The notes under the pieces: generated by a model | Seen by the model: the letters and a program-made list of their open reading frames with translations, nothing else | Databases searched by the model: none | Told to the model about the DNA's origin: nothing | NCBI GenBank assembly: GCA_045648285.1 | Contig: JAZRNQ010000170.1 | Span: 1,450-65,449, forward strand | From: Bacteroidales bacterium | GTDB lineage: Bacteria > Bacteroidota > Bacteroidia > Bacteroidales > F082 | Length of the DNA stretch: 64,000 nucleotides | Direction of reading: 5' to 3' | Shown here: piece by piece, positions 38,631 to 48,653 of the stretch | Layout of the letters: every line of letters starts with the position of its first letter | Position numbering within the stretch: position 1 is the stretch's first letter | Made by a program: the position numbers and the translations under genes

Positions 38631-39002
38631 ATGAGTACCGTAGAAATAGTAACAATAATTGGAACACTGGGTGGATTTGAATTGATAAAATATTTTTTAA
38701 ATCGTAAAAGCAATTCACGTATGGCAGCCGCAGATGCAGATAGCGCTGAGTTGAAGAATAATGTTGATGAATTTCATTTCCTTAGAGAGCGTATTGAATT
38801 TAAAGACAAACAGCTTCTTGAAAAAGAGGAACGATTTGTCAAACAGACTGAACATGTAATGCAGCTCAACAGACAACTGCTTGAGCAGACCATAGAAAAC
38901 GGCAAGCTGCAAGCTGAAAACAGTGCGTTACGAGCCGAAAGGAAAATGAAGTTATGTGAGGTCAGAAACTGCTCTGCACGTGAACCACAAAGCGGATATT
39001 GA
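38631..39002 (+). CDS. Lysis-cassette protein with N-terminal TM segment and coiled coil (holin/spanin-like)
   Basis: MSTVEIVTIIGTLGGFELIKYFL followed by a heptad-like region. Immediately precedes the amidase. Confidence 0.4.
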   Translation: MSTVEIVTIIGTLGGFELIKYFLNRKSNSRMAAADADSAELKNNVDEFHFLRERIEFKDKQLLEKEERFVKQTEHVMQLNRQLLEQTIENGKLQAENSALRAERKMKLCEVRNCSAREPQSGY

Positions 39003-39003
39003 T

Positions 39004-39606
39004 ATGAAAATACTAATTGACAATGGGCATGGCAAAGATACGCCAGGCAAACGCAGTCCTGACGGAAAATTCAGGGAATACCAATACACCCGTGAAATAG
39101 CGAGAAAAATAGTTGACGAATTGTTGACATCAGGTTTCGACGCTCAACTATTAGTTCCGGAAGAAGACGATATACCACTCAAAGAACGAGTTGAAAGAGT
39201 CAATAAAGCATGTTCCGACTTAGGGAAAGAGAATGTATTGCTCATTTCCATTCATGTCAATGCCTTTAAAGATGGTAACGAATGGCAGTCACCTCGTGGT
39301 TGGAGCTGTTATACAACAAAAGGGAATACCTTGTCAGACCAATTGGCTACAATTTTATACGAGGAAGCCGTCACTATACTTACCGGCCATCGGATAAGAA
39401 TGGAGATGTCGGACGGTGATGCAGACTGGGAAGAAGATTTCTATATTCTCAAAAAGACATTATGCACAGCAGTACTTACAGAAAACTTTTTCATGGACAA
39501 TAAAGAGGACGTTGCATTTCTTCTTTCTGATAACGGAAGAAATGCCATTGTCAGAACTCACGTCAATTCAATTAAAAAGTATATAGACAAAAGGAAATTA
39601 TTATGA
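39004..39606 (+). CDS. N-acetylmuramoyl-L-alanine amidase (Amidase_3-type endolysin)
   Basis: Start MKILIDNGHGKDTPGKRSP at 39004 (the ORF track starts at 38956). LLISIHVNAF and a later TENFFMDN match the MurNAc-LAA motif pattern. Confidence 0.8.
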   Translation: MKILIDNGHGKDTPGKRSPDGKFREYQYTREIARKIVDELLTSGFDAQLLVPEEDDIPLKERVERVNKACSDLGKENVLLISIHVNAFKDGNEWQSPRGWSCYTTKGNTLSDQLATILYEEAVTILTGHRIRMEMSDGDADWEEDFYILKKTLCTAVLTENFFMDNKEDVAFLLSDNGRNAIVRTHVNSIKKYIDKRKLL

Positions 39607-40118
39607 AAGAACTCAAGGCAGTGTGTTTTGCTTTAATAATAGCGACTCTTATCGTGTTGATAAGTGTAGGCGGACGCTATCTAATAGAACATCCAGAATA
39701 TAACGAACCTATAAGAGATACGGTATTTGACACTATCCCCTACTACCATCCTGTGCCTAAAGACAGTACAGTAATCAACTACATAACTGTTGAATTGCCT
39801 ATCGCAGATGATGAGGAAGATAACATCCTTATCACCAACGATTCAGATAGTACAATTGTCGTCTTACCTATAACACAAAAGATATATACAGACGACAGCA
39901 CATATAAAGCATACATAAGCGGATATATGACATCGTTAGACAGTCTTTTACTTACAAGACGAACAGAAACGATAATAAAGAATATCCCCTGCCCTGATTA
40001 CAATGACAAGAGATGGTCGGTAGGCGTTCACATTGGATATGGTCTAACAGTATCATCAACGCCACAATTCACACCATATATAGGAATTGGATTAAGCTAC
40101 AAATTATTTAATTTTTAA
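39603..40118 (+). CDS. Membrane-anchored lysis accessory protein (spanin-like position)
   Basis: 171 aa with an N-terminal TM (VCFALIIATLIVLISVGG). ATGA overlap with the amidase stop. Confidence 0.45.
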   Translation: MKELKAVCFALIIATLIVLISVGGRYLIEHPEYNEPIRDTVFDTIPYYHPVPKDSTVINYITVELPIADDEEDNILITNDSDSTIVVLPITQKIYTDDSTYKAYISGYMTSLDSLLLTRRTETIIKNIPCPDYNDKRWSVGVHIGYGLTVSSTPQFTPYIGIGLSYKLFNF

Positions 40119-40122
40119 AACC

Positions 40123-40569
40123 ATGACTGAAAGTTTCTTACTAAATAAGGATGATATTTACGAGGAAGTCGCCAAGACCACATTATACACCGGTGCGAAA
40201 ATGGATGATGACGAGAAGGCATACGATAGAATCTTCACTACAGATGAAGACAAAATCATTCTGAACAGATTTTGGGAAGAATCAAAGATCACAGTCTGCA
40301 ACTATCTGAAAAGAATATTGCATTCTGAAAAAGAAGACGATAATGTGTTGGAAATAAAGCTTGAATTGTCATCATCTTTTAACACATCATTGAAAAGCAG
40401 TATGCAAAGCAGTCTTACATCTTTTTTTGTCATGAATATCACATCCAAGTGGTTTAATTTGACAAACAAACAAGAAGCTGCAGGTTGCGCAGCCGAAGCA
40501 GCAACATATCTTGAAGATGTCAAAAGGAAAGCGCTTTATAAGAAAAAACCTACAAGACCAATATATTAA
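40123..40569 (+). CDS. Hypothetical structural protein
   Basis: 148-aa ORF in a tight co-directional array. Confidence 0.5.
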   Translation: MTESFLLNKDDIYEEVAKTTLYTGAKMDDDEKAYDRIFTTDEDKIILNRFWEESKITVCNYLKRILHSEKEDDNVLEIKLELSSSFNTSLKSSMQSSLTSFFVMNITSKWFNLTNKQEAAGCAAEAATYLEDVKRKALYKKKPTRPIY

Positions 40570-40589
40570 CAAATTAAAACATATATACA

Positions 40590-41096
40590 ATGGCAACTAT
40601 ACCAATCAATGTACAACTTGAAGTCAAGGAAATAATCTATGACATTCAAAACAAGGCATTCTTGACTGGTCAAGCAAGAGAAGCCAGTGGAATCAACTAC
40701 GAGGCTGCTTCGAATATGCAAGTTAGCGATGATGAAGAAAACAGCTACCAGATTAGACGTTCACTTTCAACGTCTCTAGCTGTGCTGAAAAGCATTCTTA
40801 GTGAGCACCTGACAAACGAGAGCGAAAGCTGCGACAATAAGCTCGATAACGAGATTGATAACGGCGGAAGCATCATCCTCGCTTTTGACATGCCTTCTAA
40901 TTACAACAAATCTTCTGTTGACGCACTCGGAAAGTCTATTCATTCTTATCTAGTTGACAAATCACTTGCTGATTGGTTTGCAATAAATTCAACAGCAGAC
41001 GCAAGCATCTATCTTGACCGTTCTTTAGTTGACTTGGATAATATCAAGAGAGCATTATGCAAACGTTCACGTCCAGACAGACCAACATATAATTAA
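40590..41096 (+). CDS. Hypothetical structural protein
   Basis: 168-aa ORF in a tight co-directional array. Confidence 0.5.
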   Translation: MATIPINVQLEVKEIIYDIQNKAFLTGQAREASGINYEAASNMQVSDDEENSYQIRRSLSTSLAVLKSILSEHLTNESESCDNKLDNEIDNGGSIILAFDMPSNYNKSSVDALGKSIHSYLVDKSLADWFAINSTADASIYLDRSLVDLDNIKRALCKRSRPDRPTYN

Positions 41097-41101
41097 AGGC
41101 T

Positions 41102-41605
41102 ATGAATAGTAATAGAACTGTAGTACTGGTATTTAAGCGTTCAGAACTTCTTTATGATGCATCTAACTACTCTTTCTTAGAAGCTGATATCATGAAAGGA
41201 GATGACGAGCACCTCAAACATCAAGTTTTTGACATTGACCAAAATGGGAATGTTGACAGAGTAACAAGAGTGCTCAACCTCGCACATGCAGAATGTGTCG
41301 AAATGCTATTTCCTTATACCAATAGAGAGACAGAAACAAATGAAATTGACGACACCCTTACATCGCCAGAGTTCTACCGTATTGAGATGAGCATTCCTTG
41401 CACTTTCTCAGCAACAACTATTGAGTTACTCAAAAACCTCATCCATGAATATTTAATATGCAGAGTTCTTGAAGACTGGATGAGCATTACTAAGCCCGAA
41501 AGTCAATCCAATTGGCGTGAGAAACTGGAAGCCGCCAAAAGAAAGATACAAGTTTCTTTGACATCAAGAGGAAAAGTATTGAGACGAAAACAAAGTCCTT
41601 TCTAA
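41102..41605 (+). CDS. Hypothetical structural protein
   Basis: 167-aa ORF, last gene of the rightward late operon, followed by a terminator. Confidence 0.5.
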   Translation: MNSNRTVVLVFKRSELLYDASNYSFLEADIMKGDDEHLKHQVFDIDQNGNVDRVTRVLNLAHAECVEMLFPYTNRETETNEIDDTLTSPEFYRIEMSIPCTFSATTIELLKNLIHEYLICRVLEDWMSITKPESQSNWREKLEAAKRKIQVSLTSRGKVLRRKQSPF

Positions 41606-41610
41606 AAATA

Positions 41611-41633
41611 AAAGCCGAGTTTTGCTCGGCTTT
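41611..41633. terminator. Bidirectional hairpin terminator between convergent late and early operons
   Basis: aaagccgag tttt gctcggcttt, flanked by an A-run and a T-run. Confidence 0.65.
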
Positions 41634-41639
41634 ATTATT

Positions 41640-44600
41640 TTATCTTAATCTGTTAGTTAGTCTTGTTTCATATTGTATCGAGAAACCTCGCAGACTTTCC
41701 TCCTTGCACAATCCACGTATTATTGCCAGTCTGTAACATTTGTATGGAGTTCCTCTAAAACCGTTCATCTTGGCATCATTTGACGACCATACAACAAACC
41801 AATTTTTCATATCATTAGAACCATACAGCACTTGTGCGATAGCCATATTATTAAGATTGCCTCTCTGAATTATAGTAGAAATCGTCTTATAGACATCAGG
41901 CATTTCCATTTTGACCGGACGTGTGACAATAATCGCTGAAGCTTTATCATTAACGGATTTTGAGAAGTCCACAAGCTTATTATCAATGGTCATAGCCAAT
42001 GCTTCAGGATAAGAATTTACGTTATCCTTTATATTGCTTGTCATCATCCCCCATTGCTGCGATTTCAATGAATATACATACGCATATCTTGCTTTAGGAT
42101 TATATACAATTATATGCTGATGCGGATAGTCATACAGCATCTTGCAGCTCAATAAAAATTCACCAAATGGCAATAATGTTATGTCATTCAATGAAACAGA
42201 ACATGTGACATTGATACTATTATATAACTCAACAAGTTTGTCTGCTTTAGGAAGTTTGTCCAGAGTGAACATATCCATGGTGTTTATCCTGTCGCTGATG
42301 CAGGTTACCTGAGAACCGCTGACGAGCATGATACCTCTGTCGGTGGCGAACAGAACGGAATTATCAATCTGTGTTATGCTTTCTTTGTTTATTACCACGT
42401 CACGTGAAATAGGCTGACGTGCGGAATATGTACCCGTTGATGTCAGTTCAAGAGCCCATATTCCATCTGAAGTGAATGCATATAAAGGATACTGACCGAA
42501 CTGTCCTTGTGACAAAGCCTTAGCTGCAGTTGACAAGGCATAAACCTCCATGACAGGAAGCGACACGGTATATTCCTCTGAGAACCGGAACGGATTATTC
42601 ACATCTGAAAGACGTATGATATTGCCGTATTCTATGGTATCATTGGATGGAATAACAAAATCAGATTCAGTTATTTGCTCTGAAGATGCAAAATCAAGTG
42701 GAGCGAACATATTGAAAGCATATGAAAGATTTAGAAATTCATGTTGCTTTAAAGGAATTTCATACCATATAGAACCACTTCTAACATATAGTTTTTTTGC
42801 ATTATTATGAGGAAATGAAAACATAAGCAAATCATCCGCTCTGAAAGATTGGGATTCCAATGGTATTTCAACATAAGACTTCTGCCCGTTTTCATTTATT
42901 TCAACATAAGCCTTCTCAAATGCATTACCACTCGTAGATGTATTTACCGCAGGATTCTGCTTTTTAAACGATGTACATGCATTCTTTATTTGTTCCTTTT
43001 CCAGGATGACATTAAGACGGCCGTTATAGCTGAATGTCTGCTTTGATATAGGTTTGTTGTGTCTTTGGCCTAAATCAGATAATGTCTGACGTGTTGTAAG
43101 AGATGGCAAAGTTCCTTCAATTATGTTTATCATTCCATCCCATTCATTATTGTTTAATTCTGATAAGTTTAATTCAGATATTTTGTAAAAAGAATTACAA
43201 CTTGTTAATATGTTTTTATAGCTCTGACCGTCAACTCTTTTAGTTTCAATATAATATCCTCCTGATATAGAACCAATAGCCCCTTTGCTTATTATATACA
43301 TGTTTATTTTAGCAACATCAGTTTCTGATATTTGCTCTATGGTTTTGAATGCATAAGCTTGATCAGTTTCATTCAAAGCGAAATAATCACTCATTTTATA
43401 TACGGAATATTTACCAGCAGGGACAGTAAATCCTTCTGGTTGGCTTTCATCAAGAACATCTGAACAAACAGTGTACCTACTACAATCGAATGCGATATAA
43501 CACTCCGATAATATTTCTGTATAGTTTGTGAAATAGAATCGTGTTTCAGTTTGTCCTTTACCCTCATTGTTTTTATGAAACCATGCTTCAACATAAAAAT
43601 TCATATTATATTCATCTGCGCCTTCAGCCAATTCTGATACATTTTTCCATTCTTGTTCCGTCATTACTTTCATAGGAATTTTCCCACCATCGTATGACAA
43701 TTTTCTGATTGACACCAACGATTGTGCACTGTCCGAATAATCCATCAACGGTTCGGTAACAAATATATCAATATCAGTAATTATATCCTTCCAATTACTT
43801 ATGGTATCCGACACGTCAATTTCTGCATGCAATTTGCCGGCAAAATAGATTGGTTCAAATAAGGCTTTTGTCGTAGATTCATTATTAGAGCCTGTCCCCT
43901 TGTTTATTATTACAGAAAACAACGGCTTGCCCCATGTCATAGGAACCATCAATACCGGAACCGTATGACGCACATGAGAACCGTCAAACATACGATATGC
44001 AAATCTTACATAAAAAGGTTCAAAGAAATATCCTTTTTCTTTCAGAATCATGGAACGAGGATTGATAGTAGAAAAGACCTTTTCATATATATTTTGCTGT
44101 TGCTTGTAGTTTAAACCTATTGTGTCAAGAGTTCCATCGCATAGTTTGTCGCATAGTTCTGGATATAATATCTCATCCAAATTGTCCCCGATGCCATTTA
44201 TTTCCTCCGACAACTGAGGATTATCCAATGTCTGTTCAAAAATCTCTTTAAACGAATTTGTATTCATCAAATTCGTGCTTATATACGGTCTCACATTCAG
44301 TTCAGGCAGTTCATTCCCAAGAGAAATGTAGCTGTCATCCTTCCATAGGAAGTAATATATGCCATCGGAAGTAGAGACAACGAGAGTATTTCCGACAGGT
44401 GTTATCTGATATATATCTTTGTCACCAAAACTTTCTATACGAGCATAGCCGCCATTAACAGTCCGCCATCCCAAGTCATTATTGTCCGTAACTACAACAT
44501 AGTTGATCGAAACGCTTGTCTCATGAACACATTTGACCATGGCATTATTTAATTCCATGATTTCATCCGGCTGCAATATCGGTCTTAACGCACCGTCTTC

Positions 44601-44696
44601 TTGTATCATATTTAAGCTCATAGCAAGCTCTCCGTCAGAGCTCTCGTAATCTGAAGGAGAAGCTGCATATCCTTTGTATTGTATATCTTTAATCAT
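41640..44696 (-). CDS. Large repeat-containing phage protein (possible beta-propeller tail/nozzle component)
   Basis: 1018 aa. Recurrent blade-like motifs STSDGIYYF, FTSDGIWAL and ATDRGIMLV. Last gene of the leftward operon. Confidence 0.5.
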   Translation of the reverse strand: MIKDIQYKGYAASPSDYESSDGELAMSLNMIQEDGALRPILQPDEIMELNNAMVKCVHETSVSINYVVVTDNNDLGWRTVNGGYARIESFGDKDIYQITPVGNTLVVSTSDGIYYFLWKDDSYISLGNELPELNVRPYISTNLMNTNSFKEIFEQTLDNPQLSEEINGIGDNLDEILYPELCDKLCDGTLDTIGLNYKQQQNIYEKVFSTINPRSMILKEKGYFFEPFYVRFAYRMFDGSHVRHTVPVLMVPMTWGKPLFSVIINKGTGSNNESTTKALFEPIYFAGKLHAEIDVSDTISNWKDIITDIDIFVTEPLMDYSDSAQSLVSIRKLSYDGGKIPMKVMTEQEWKNVSELAEGADEYNMNFYVEAWFHKNNEGKGQTETRFYFTNYTEILSECYIAFDCSRYTVCSDVLDESQPEGFTVPAGKYSVYKMSDYFALNETDQAYAFKTIEQISETDVAKINMYIISKGAIGSISGGYYIETKRVDGQSYKNILTSCNSFYKISELNLSELNNNEWDGMINIIEGTLPSLTTRQTLSDLGQRHNKPISKQTFSYNGRLNVILEKEQIKNACTSFKKQNPAVNTSTSGNAFEKAYVEINENGQKSYVEIPLESQSFRADDLLMFSFPHNNAKKLYVRSGSIWYEIPLKQHEFLNLSYAFNMFAPLDFASSEQITESDFVIPSNDTIEYGNIIRLSDVNNPFRFSEEYTVSLPVMEVYALSTAAKALSQGQFGQYPLYAFTSDGIWALELTSTGTYSARQPISRDVVINKESITQIDNSVLFATDRGIMLVSGSQVTCISDRINTMDMFTLDKLPKADKLVELYNSINVTCSVSLNDITLLPFGEFLLSCKMLYDYPHQHIIVYNPKARYAYVYSLKSQQWGMMTSNIKDNVNSYPEALAMTIDNKLVDFSKSVNDKASAIIVTRPVKMEMPDVYKTISTIIQRGNLNNMAIAQVLYGSNDMKNWFVVWSSNDAKMNGFRGTPYKCYRLAIIRGLCKEESLRGFSIQYETRLTNRLR

Positions 44697-44697
44697 T

Positions 44698-45066
44698 TTA
44701 TAATAGATGTTTGGTTATTATTGGTAACATATTTCCGTATCTGTTATCTTTTACCAGCTCTCCTACCGTCAGCCTCGCAACATCATTCACATTGCATTCT
44801 TCAAGTATGACTTTGCTCAATCTGACTGACCAAATCCGGCAGTGTCTTCCGTACTTGCCGCTTGAGCTAATTCTGCCTTCATATTTTCCAGCCATAGGCG
44901 AGCGATGTTTGACATACAGGTAAAATTCCTCATCATCAGTCAATATATCAATCACGTCCCCGACAGACAAGCGGAGACGTGAAACTATACCTGATGTAAT
45001 GTCAATCTTTCCAGAAGCGTGGAAGATGATATCAGGTTTTCTTGCATTTCCCAAGACGCTTTTCAT
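44698..45066 (-). CDS. Hypothetical protein (weak AbrB/SpoVT-like look)
   Basis: 122 aa. GKIDITSGIVSRLRLSVGDVIDIL resembles a swapped-hairpin DNA-binding segment. Weak evidence. Confidence 0.4.
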   Translation of the reverse strand: MKSVLGNARKPDIIFHASGKIDITSGIVSRLRLSVGDVIDILTDDEEFYLYVKHRSPMAGKYEGRISSSGKYGRHCRIWSVRLSKVILEECNVNDVARLTVGELVKDNRYGNMLPIITKHLL

Positions 45067-45466
45067 AAGGCTTCCGTATTTGGTAATATGTTTCGTTGTT
45101 GACGGTTTTTCTTACTGATATGGGCAGTCTTTTCTGCTTGTCAGCTGACAATCCGTAGTCATAGAATATTCTTCCGACCGTCGGACATAGTGTCTCGAAA
45201 CCGATACATTTATATTTTGCGTTATACTGTATCTCGCACATCTGTGTTTCCTGCTCTATGTTCGGATTGACCATAAACGCGTATCTGTCCTCGTCAGGAA
45301 CGAAGAAAACAAATACCTTTGCCATTCCGTCTCCGTCGGCGTTTCTTCTGATATGTGCAAAAAGTCTTTTAGACAATGTAATCGAATTGTCTTTAGGGTC
45401 GGCAATCACATAACATCGGCGTGACTGTAACCATAGCTTAAATTCATCCATCTTAATCATGCTCAA
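45032..45466 (-). CDS. Hypothetical phage protein
   Basis: 144-aa ORF, co-directional. Confidence 0.45.
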   Translation of the reverse strand: MSMIKMDEFKLWLQSRRCYVIADPKDNSITLSKRLFAHIRRNADGDGMAKVFVFFVPDEDRYAFMVNPNIEQETQMCEIQYNAKYKCIGFETLCPTVGRIFYDYGLSADKQKRLPISVRKTVNNETYYQIRKPYEKRLGKCKKT

Positions 45467-45486
45467 AACTACAATTTAATGATGAG

Positions 45487-45738
45487 TTATCGGTTTAACT
45501 TTTTCCTGCTGTTGTCGTAATATACCATTCTTGAACGGAACGTGATTGTTTCGATGAAAGTGTATGTCAATGTAGCGTTGAGCGATGCTATATGTTCTCT
45601 GACCGCTTCTTCGCTGCTGAATATGTAGGCACATATTTCACATTCGTTAGTACCCCTGACGTTGACGATGTTGGCGTAATACTTGCGTCCGAACAAGAAC
45701 GCCATGATTTCTTTTAATGGTGTTGTTTTTGTTTTCAT
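45487..45738 (-). CDS. Hypothetical phage protein
   Basis: 83-aa ORF, co-directional. Confidence 0.45.
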   Translation of the reverse strand: MKTKTTPLKEIMAFLFGRKYYANIVNVRGTNECEICAYIFSSEEAVREHIASLNATLTYTFIETITFRSRMVYYDNSRKKLNR

Positions 45739-45887
45739 GATCTGTAGCTTTTAAGTTTTTGTGTAAATCCTTGTGTTTTTCCGATAAGAATACTGCGCTG
45801 ACGCATATATTCCTCATAGGATATTATATTTTTATCGAAAGCCCTTTCGAGCTCAAATAATCTCTCTTCAATTTCTTTGAGTGTCAT
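45735..45887 (-). CDS. Small ORF (50 aa)
   Basis: MTLKEIEERLFELERAFDKNIISYEEYMRQRSILIGKTQGFTQKLKSYRS. GGAGGA lies 6 nt upstream, and there is an ATGA overlap with the next gene. Not in the track (under 60 aa). Confidence 0.45.
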   Translation of the reverse strand: MTLKEIEERLFELERAFDKNIISYEEYMRQRSILIGKTQGFTQKLKSYRS

Positions 45888-45927
45888 GTTTTATTCCTCC
45901 ATTGTTTTAATCTTTCTATCACATCAT

Positions 45928-46152
45928 TTATTTTTTTAATCTCCAATGTGTATAAAGATCAAATGATGACCAGGTATATGCATTATCCTCTCGAAGTGCT
46001 GCATAAGGACCTGACATATCAATAAATATATGTCCATTATGGATAATATTGCCATTTTTATCCAAAAATTCAACATCGGTCGACATTGTTGGTATTTCTT
46101 CCTTGCAGTTATGCCACTTATTGTCGTTTGGATTTATAGTTATGTATTTCAT
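45928..46152 (-). CDS. Hypothetical phage protein
   Basis: 74-aa ORF, overlaps the upstream gene by 4 nt. Confidence 0.45.
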   Translation of the reverse strand: MKYITINPNDNKWHNCKEEIPTMSTDVEFLDKNGNIIHNGHIFIDMSGPYAALREDNAYTWSSFDLYTHWRLKK

Positions 46153-46559
46153 TTATTATTTTTTAAATATTCGAGTTCTTTTTCAGTCTCTTTAAGTCTT
46201 TTCTTTAAATATTCGAGTTCCTCTTCCTTTTCTGCAATCTGCATATCTTTCACCTTTCCATTCCATTCCAACCATCTTGCTTTGGTTGTATCCCTAAATG
46301 TTGGAAGAAAAGTATTTCTTTCAATATATTCCATTTCATTACAATGATCTTCGAAATATATTCTAATTTTAGGTGAGACACTCGCATCAATTACACGGAG
46401 ATAAATCATATCCTCATAATCATCTGGATATTCCTTTATGAAATCCTGAACTTCTTTGTTGCATATCCAGTTAAATATGTAATGCTCGGTATTTAGGATG
46501 TAATCTAATATATCCTTTTCCACATTTTCTATTTTAGAAAGTAAATTTTTTAATTCCAT
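46149..46559 (-). CDS. Hypothetical phage protein with C-terminal coiled coil
   Basis: 136 aa. A duplicated ELEYLK segment corresponds to a 16-bp direct repeat near 46162 and 46205. Confidence 0.45.
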   Translation of the reverse strand: MELKNLLSKIENVEKDILDYILNTEHYIFNWICNKEVQDFIKEYPDDYEDMIYLRVIDASVSPKIRIYFEDHCNEMEYIERNTFLPTFRDTTKARWLEWNGKVKDMQIAEKEEELEYLKKRLKETEKELEYLKNNK

Positions 46560-46571
46560 AATTATTATATT

Positions 46572-47024
46572 TTAATTTTCATCATCCATACCTCTCCATT
46601 TTTCGGTTAATATTTCGGGATTGTCATAAATATTGCCGATGATTTCTTTGGATGCATTCCATCTTCCAGAGTCAAAACCACATAACCAAAAATCATCGTC
46701 TAAGTTCCCATTTAAAGCAGCCATGAATCTACCTTGACGTTCATTATAGAATACCAAGTGTTTTATTTTTGGATTAGCACAACCTAATATATCCCCCTCG
46801 TAAATCTCCTTACCGTTTTTATCTTTCATTCCTGTGAATTGTCCTACGGTGTCAACATCAATCGGGTACTTATCCATTCCCTCATGAATGTGAGGAATTG
46901 TACTTTGTAGATGAACCTCACCATACGTCCATTCTCCCTCGTTTTTAGGCTTTCCTGCCATAGCCAACTTTACTCTGAAATCTTTTGCTTTAATTTTAGC
47001 TCTGAATTTAATTTCTCTTTTCAT
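46572..47024 (-). CDS. YopX-family protein
   Basis: REIKFRAK...VGQFTGMKDKNGKEIYEGDIL...IIGNIYDNPEIL matches the YopX motif pattern. Confidence 0.75.
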   Translation of the reverse strand: MKREIKFRAKIKAKDFRVKLAMAGKPKNEGEWTYGEVHLQSTIPHIHEGMDKYPIDVDTVGQFTGMKDKNGKEIYEGDILGCANPKIKHLVFYNERQGRFMAALNGNLDDDFWLCGFDSGRWNASKEIIGNIYDNPEILTEKWRGMDDEN

Positions 47025-47029
47025 ATGAT

Positions 47030-47308
47030 TTAGTCTTTTATATCAAACTTCCTTTTAATTATTCTTTCGACGCCAACCACCGGCAATGCTATGAGCAAAA
47101 AGGCTAGTACAATTGGCCAAAACAATGCACATGTACATATCATATCCGCATAGTATGATTTCTCTAACCAGTAATCAAATTTTAGATTTGAATCCTCTTT
47201 CTTGTACTCTTTTATAGCGCAGATGTAAATACCTGTGCATATGATTGCCGAACATAAGAAGTACAATGCTATTGATATTAAAATTATCCAAGGTTTATTC
47301 ATAATCAA
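47030..47308 (-). CDS. Small membrane protein
   Basis: 92 aa with three hydrophobic segments. Confidence 0.45.
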   Translation of the reverse strand: MIMNKPWIILISIALYFLCSAIICTGIYICAIKEYKKEDSNLKFDYWLEKSYYADMICTCALFWPIVLAFLLIALPVVGVERIIKRKFDIKD

Positions 47309-47670
47309 CTGTGTCTTTTTAAAAACTCTTCAATGCCTTTCTTTAAATTCTTCAATCTTAACTCGGGTGTTTCCTCTCCGAATATGAACTGACGCAACAT
47401 CGGTTCTAGTTCGTAGTATTCTTTATTAAGCGTTTCCCAGTCGGTTACATAACGGCGAAGCCTTACTTCAAATCTATTCAGCATTTTTATACAAGAGACA
47501 AAATCATGCTTGAAGTCAAATCCGTAAGCTCCTGTCGCTTTGAGGTTGTCTTCCGCTTCGTCCCACCATAAACAGATAACGGATAGCAACTGGTAAATAC
47601 CACCGAGATAGAATGCCGCATCGTTAAACTCCTTGCTGTTCATTAATTTATCTATCTGCTGTTGTGTCAT
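47305..47670 (-). CDS. Hypothetical phage protein
   Basis: The ORF track gives 47305-47703. An ATG at 47670 (MTQQQIDKL) forms an ATGA overlap with the upstream stop, so I prefer that start. Confidence 0.45.
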   Translation of the reverse strand: MTQQQIDKLMNSKEFNDAAFYLGGIYQLLSVICLWWDEAEDNLKATGAYGFDFKHDFVSCIKMLNRFEVRLRRYVTDWETLNKEYYELEPMLRQFIFGEETPELRLKNLKKGIEEFLKRHS

Positions 47671-47855
47671 TTCTTTGCGTTTTTGATTATTCTCCTTTCC
47701 CATTTTCTTATCATTGTCTTGTCTTTATTACCAAGTCTTGTAATGCCTTCTCTTTCAAGGAAAGCTGCGAACTTATCAGGATGGAACAGAGCAAACATCG
47801 CCATGAGCCCGTCGCCTTCCTTTCGGTTTTGCTTTTTTCTTTGTCGTTTTTTCAT
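47667..47855 (-). CDS. Small basic protein
   Basis: 62 aa, MKKRQRKKQNRKEG..., co-directional and coupled to the next gene. Confidence 0.4.
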   Translation of the reverse strand: MKKRQRKKQNRKEGDGLMAMFALFHPDKFAAFLEREGITRLGNKDKTMIRKWERRIIKNAKK

Positions 47856-47865
47856 AATATCTTTT

Positions 47866-48288
47866 TTAGAATACCACTACCATTGAAGGGAATGGTGCTG
47901 CGTTTTTACTTTGTCCGAACTTTAATCTTCCTTTCACAAACCTAATCTCTTTAGCTTTATGATAGATATAATCATGGAAATAAGCAGTGTCTGTACGGGC
48001 TGGGATAAGCATCACAACTGTTGTATTGCTTTTCTTGCTTTCCTCATAAGCCTTCTTGACCCATTTACCAATTTCCTTTCCGTATGGAGGGTTACAGAAG
48101 ACTCTGTTACCCCCCCAATTTTGAGTTAAGCCATTCATTTCCTTTGTGAAAAACATTTCACACTTCGCATTTTCTGGAGTAGCGCACGGATCTAATGTAA
48201 ATTGAAACTCTTTGTCGAGTTCATCATAAAACGACTGTGGCGTTTCCCATAAGTCCGTTTTTGAAGAAAACATTATATCAGTATTCAT
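47866..48288 (-). CDS. Phage-type DNA N6-adenine methyltransferase (small Dam family)
   Basis: MFSSKTDLWETPQSFYDELDKEFQFTLDPCA...VFCNPPYGKEIGKWV...VVMLIPARTDTAYF. Confidence 0.8.
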   Translation of the reverse strand: MNTDIMFSSKTDLWETPQSFYDELDKEFQFTLDPCATPENAKCEMFFTKEMNGLTQNWGGNRVFCNPPYGKEIGKWVKKAYEESKKSNTTVVMLIPARTDTAYFHDYIYHKAKEIRFVKGRLKFGQSKNAAPFPSMVVVF

Positions 48289-48653
48289 AGCCTTTCCCCT
48301 AATTTAATAACGAACACTTCTTCAGCAGGTGCACCCCAATCTGATTTTCCATAGCCAATGGTAATGCTTTCAATTAGATAAGACATTGTAACATTAGTAT
48401 ATCCTCGATGAAAACGAACCACATTATAGCCTCCTGATATTAATGTTAAATCTGCCAGATTTTCACATTTACGCCTTCTGCAATGTTCTATCTCATTTTC
48501 ATCGTACAAATATCCAATTGAACACCATTTTAAGCAACCCATCAATCTTTTAATCCAATATGGTTTAATCGCTCTGTATTCTTCTTTCTTCTCACCGCAG
48601 GCAATCATATCATACCATTTGTGTTTAAGAACTAAGTCAAGTGTTTTCATCAT
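48285..48653 (-). CDS. ASCH/PUA-like domain protein (putative)
   Basis: LVLKHKWYDMIACGEKKEEYRAIKPYWIKRL resembles the N-terminus of phage ASCH-type proteins. Confidence 0.45.
   Translation of the reverse strand: MMKTLDLVLKHKWYDMIACGEKKEEYRAIKPYWIKRLMGCLKWCSIGYLYDENEIEHCRRRKCENLADLTLISGGYNVVRFHRGYTNVTMSYLIESITIGYGKSDWGAPAEEVFVIKLGERL

Noticed and set aside
46030-46347. 105-aa plus-strand Ser/Phe-rich ORF
   Set aside because: It is antisense to two coupled minus-strand genes and is low-complexity.
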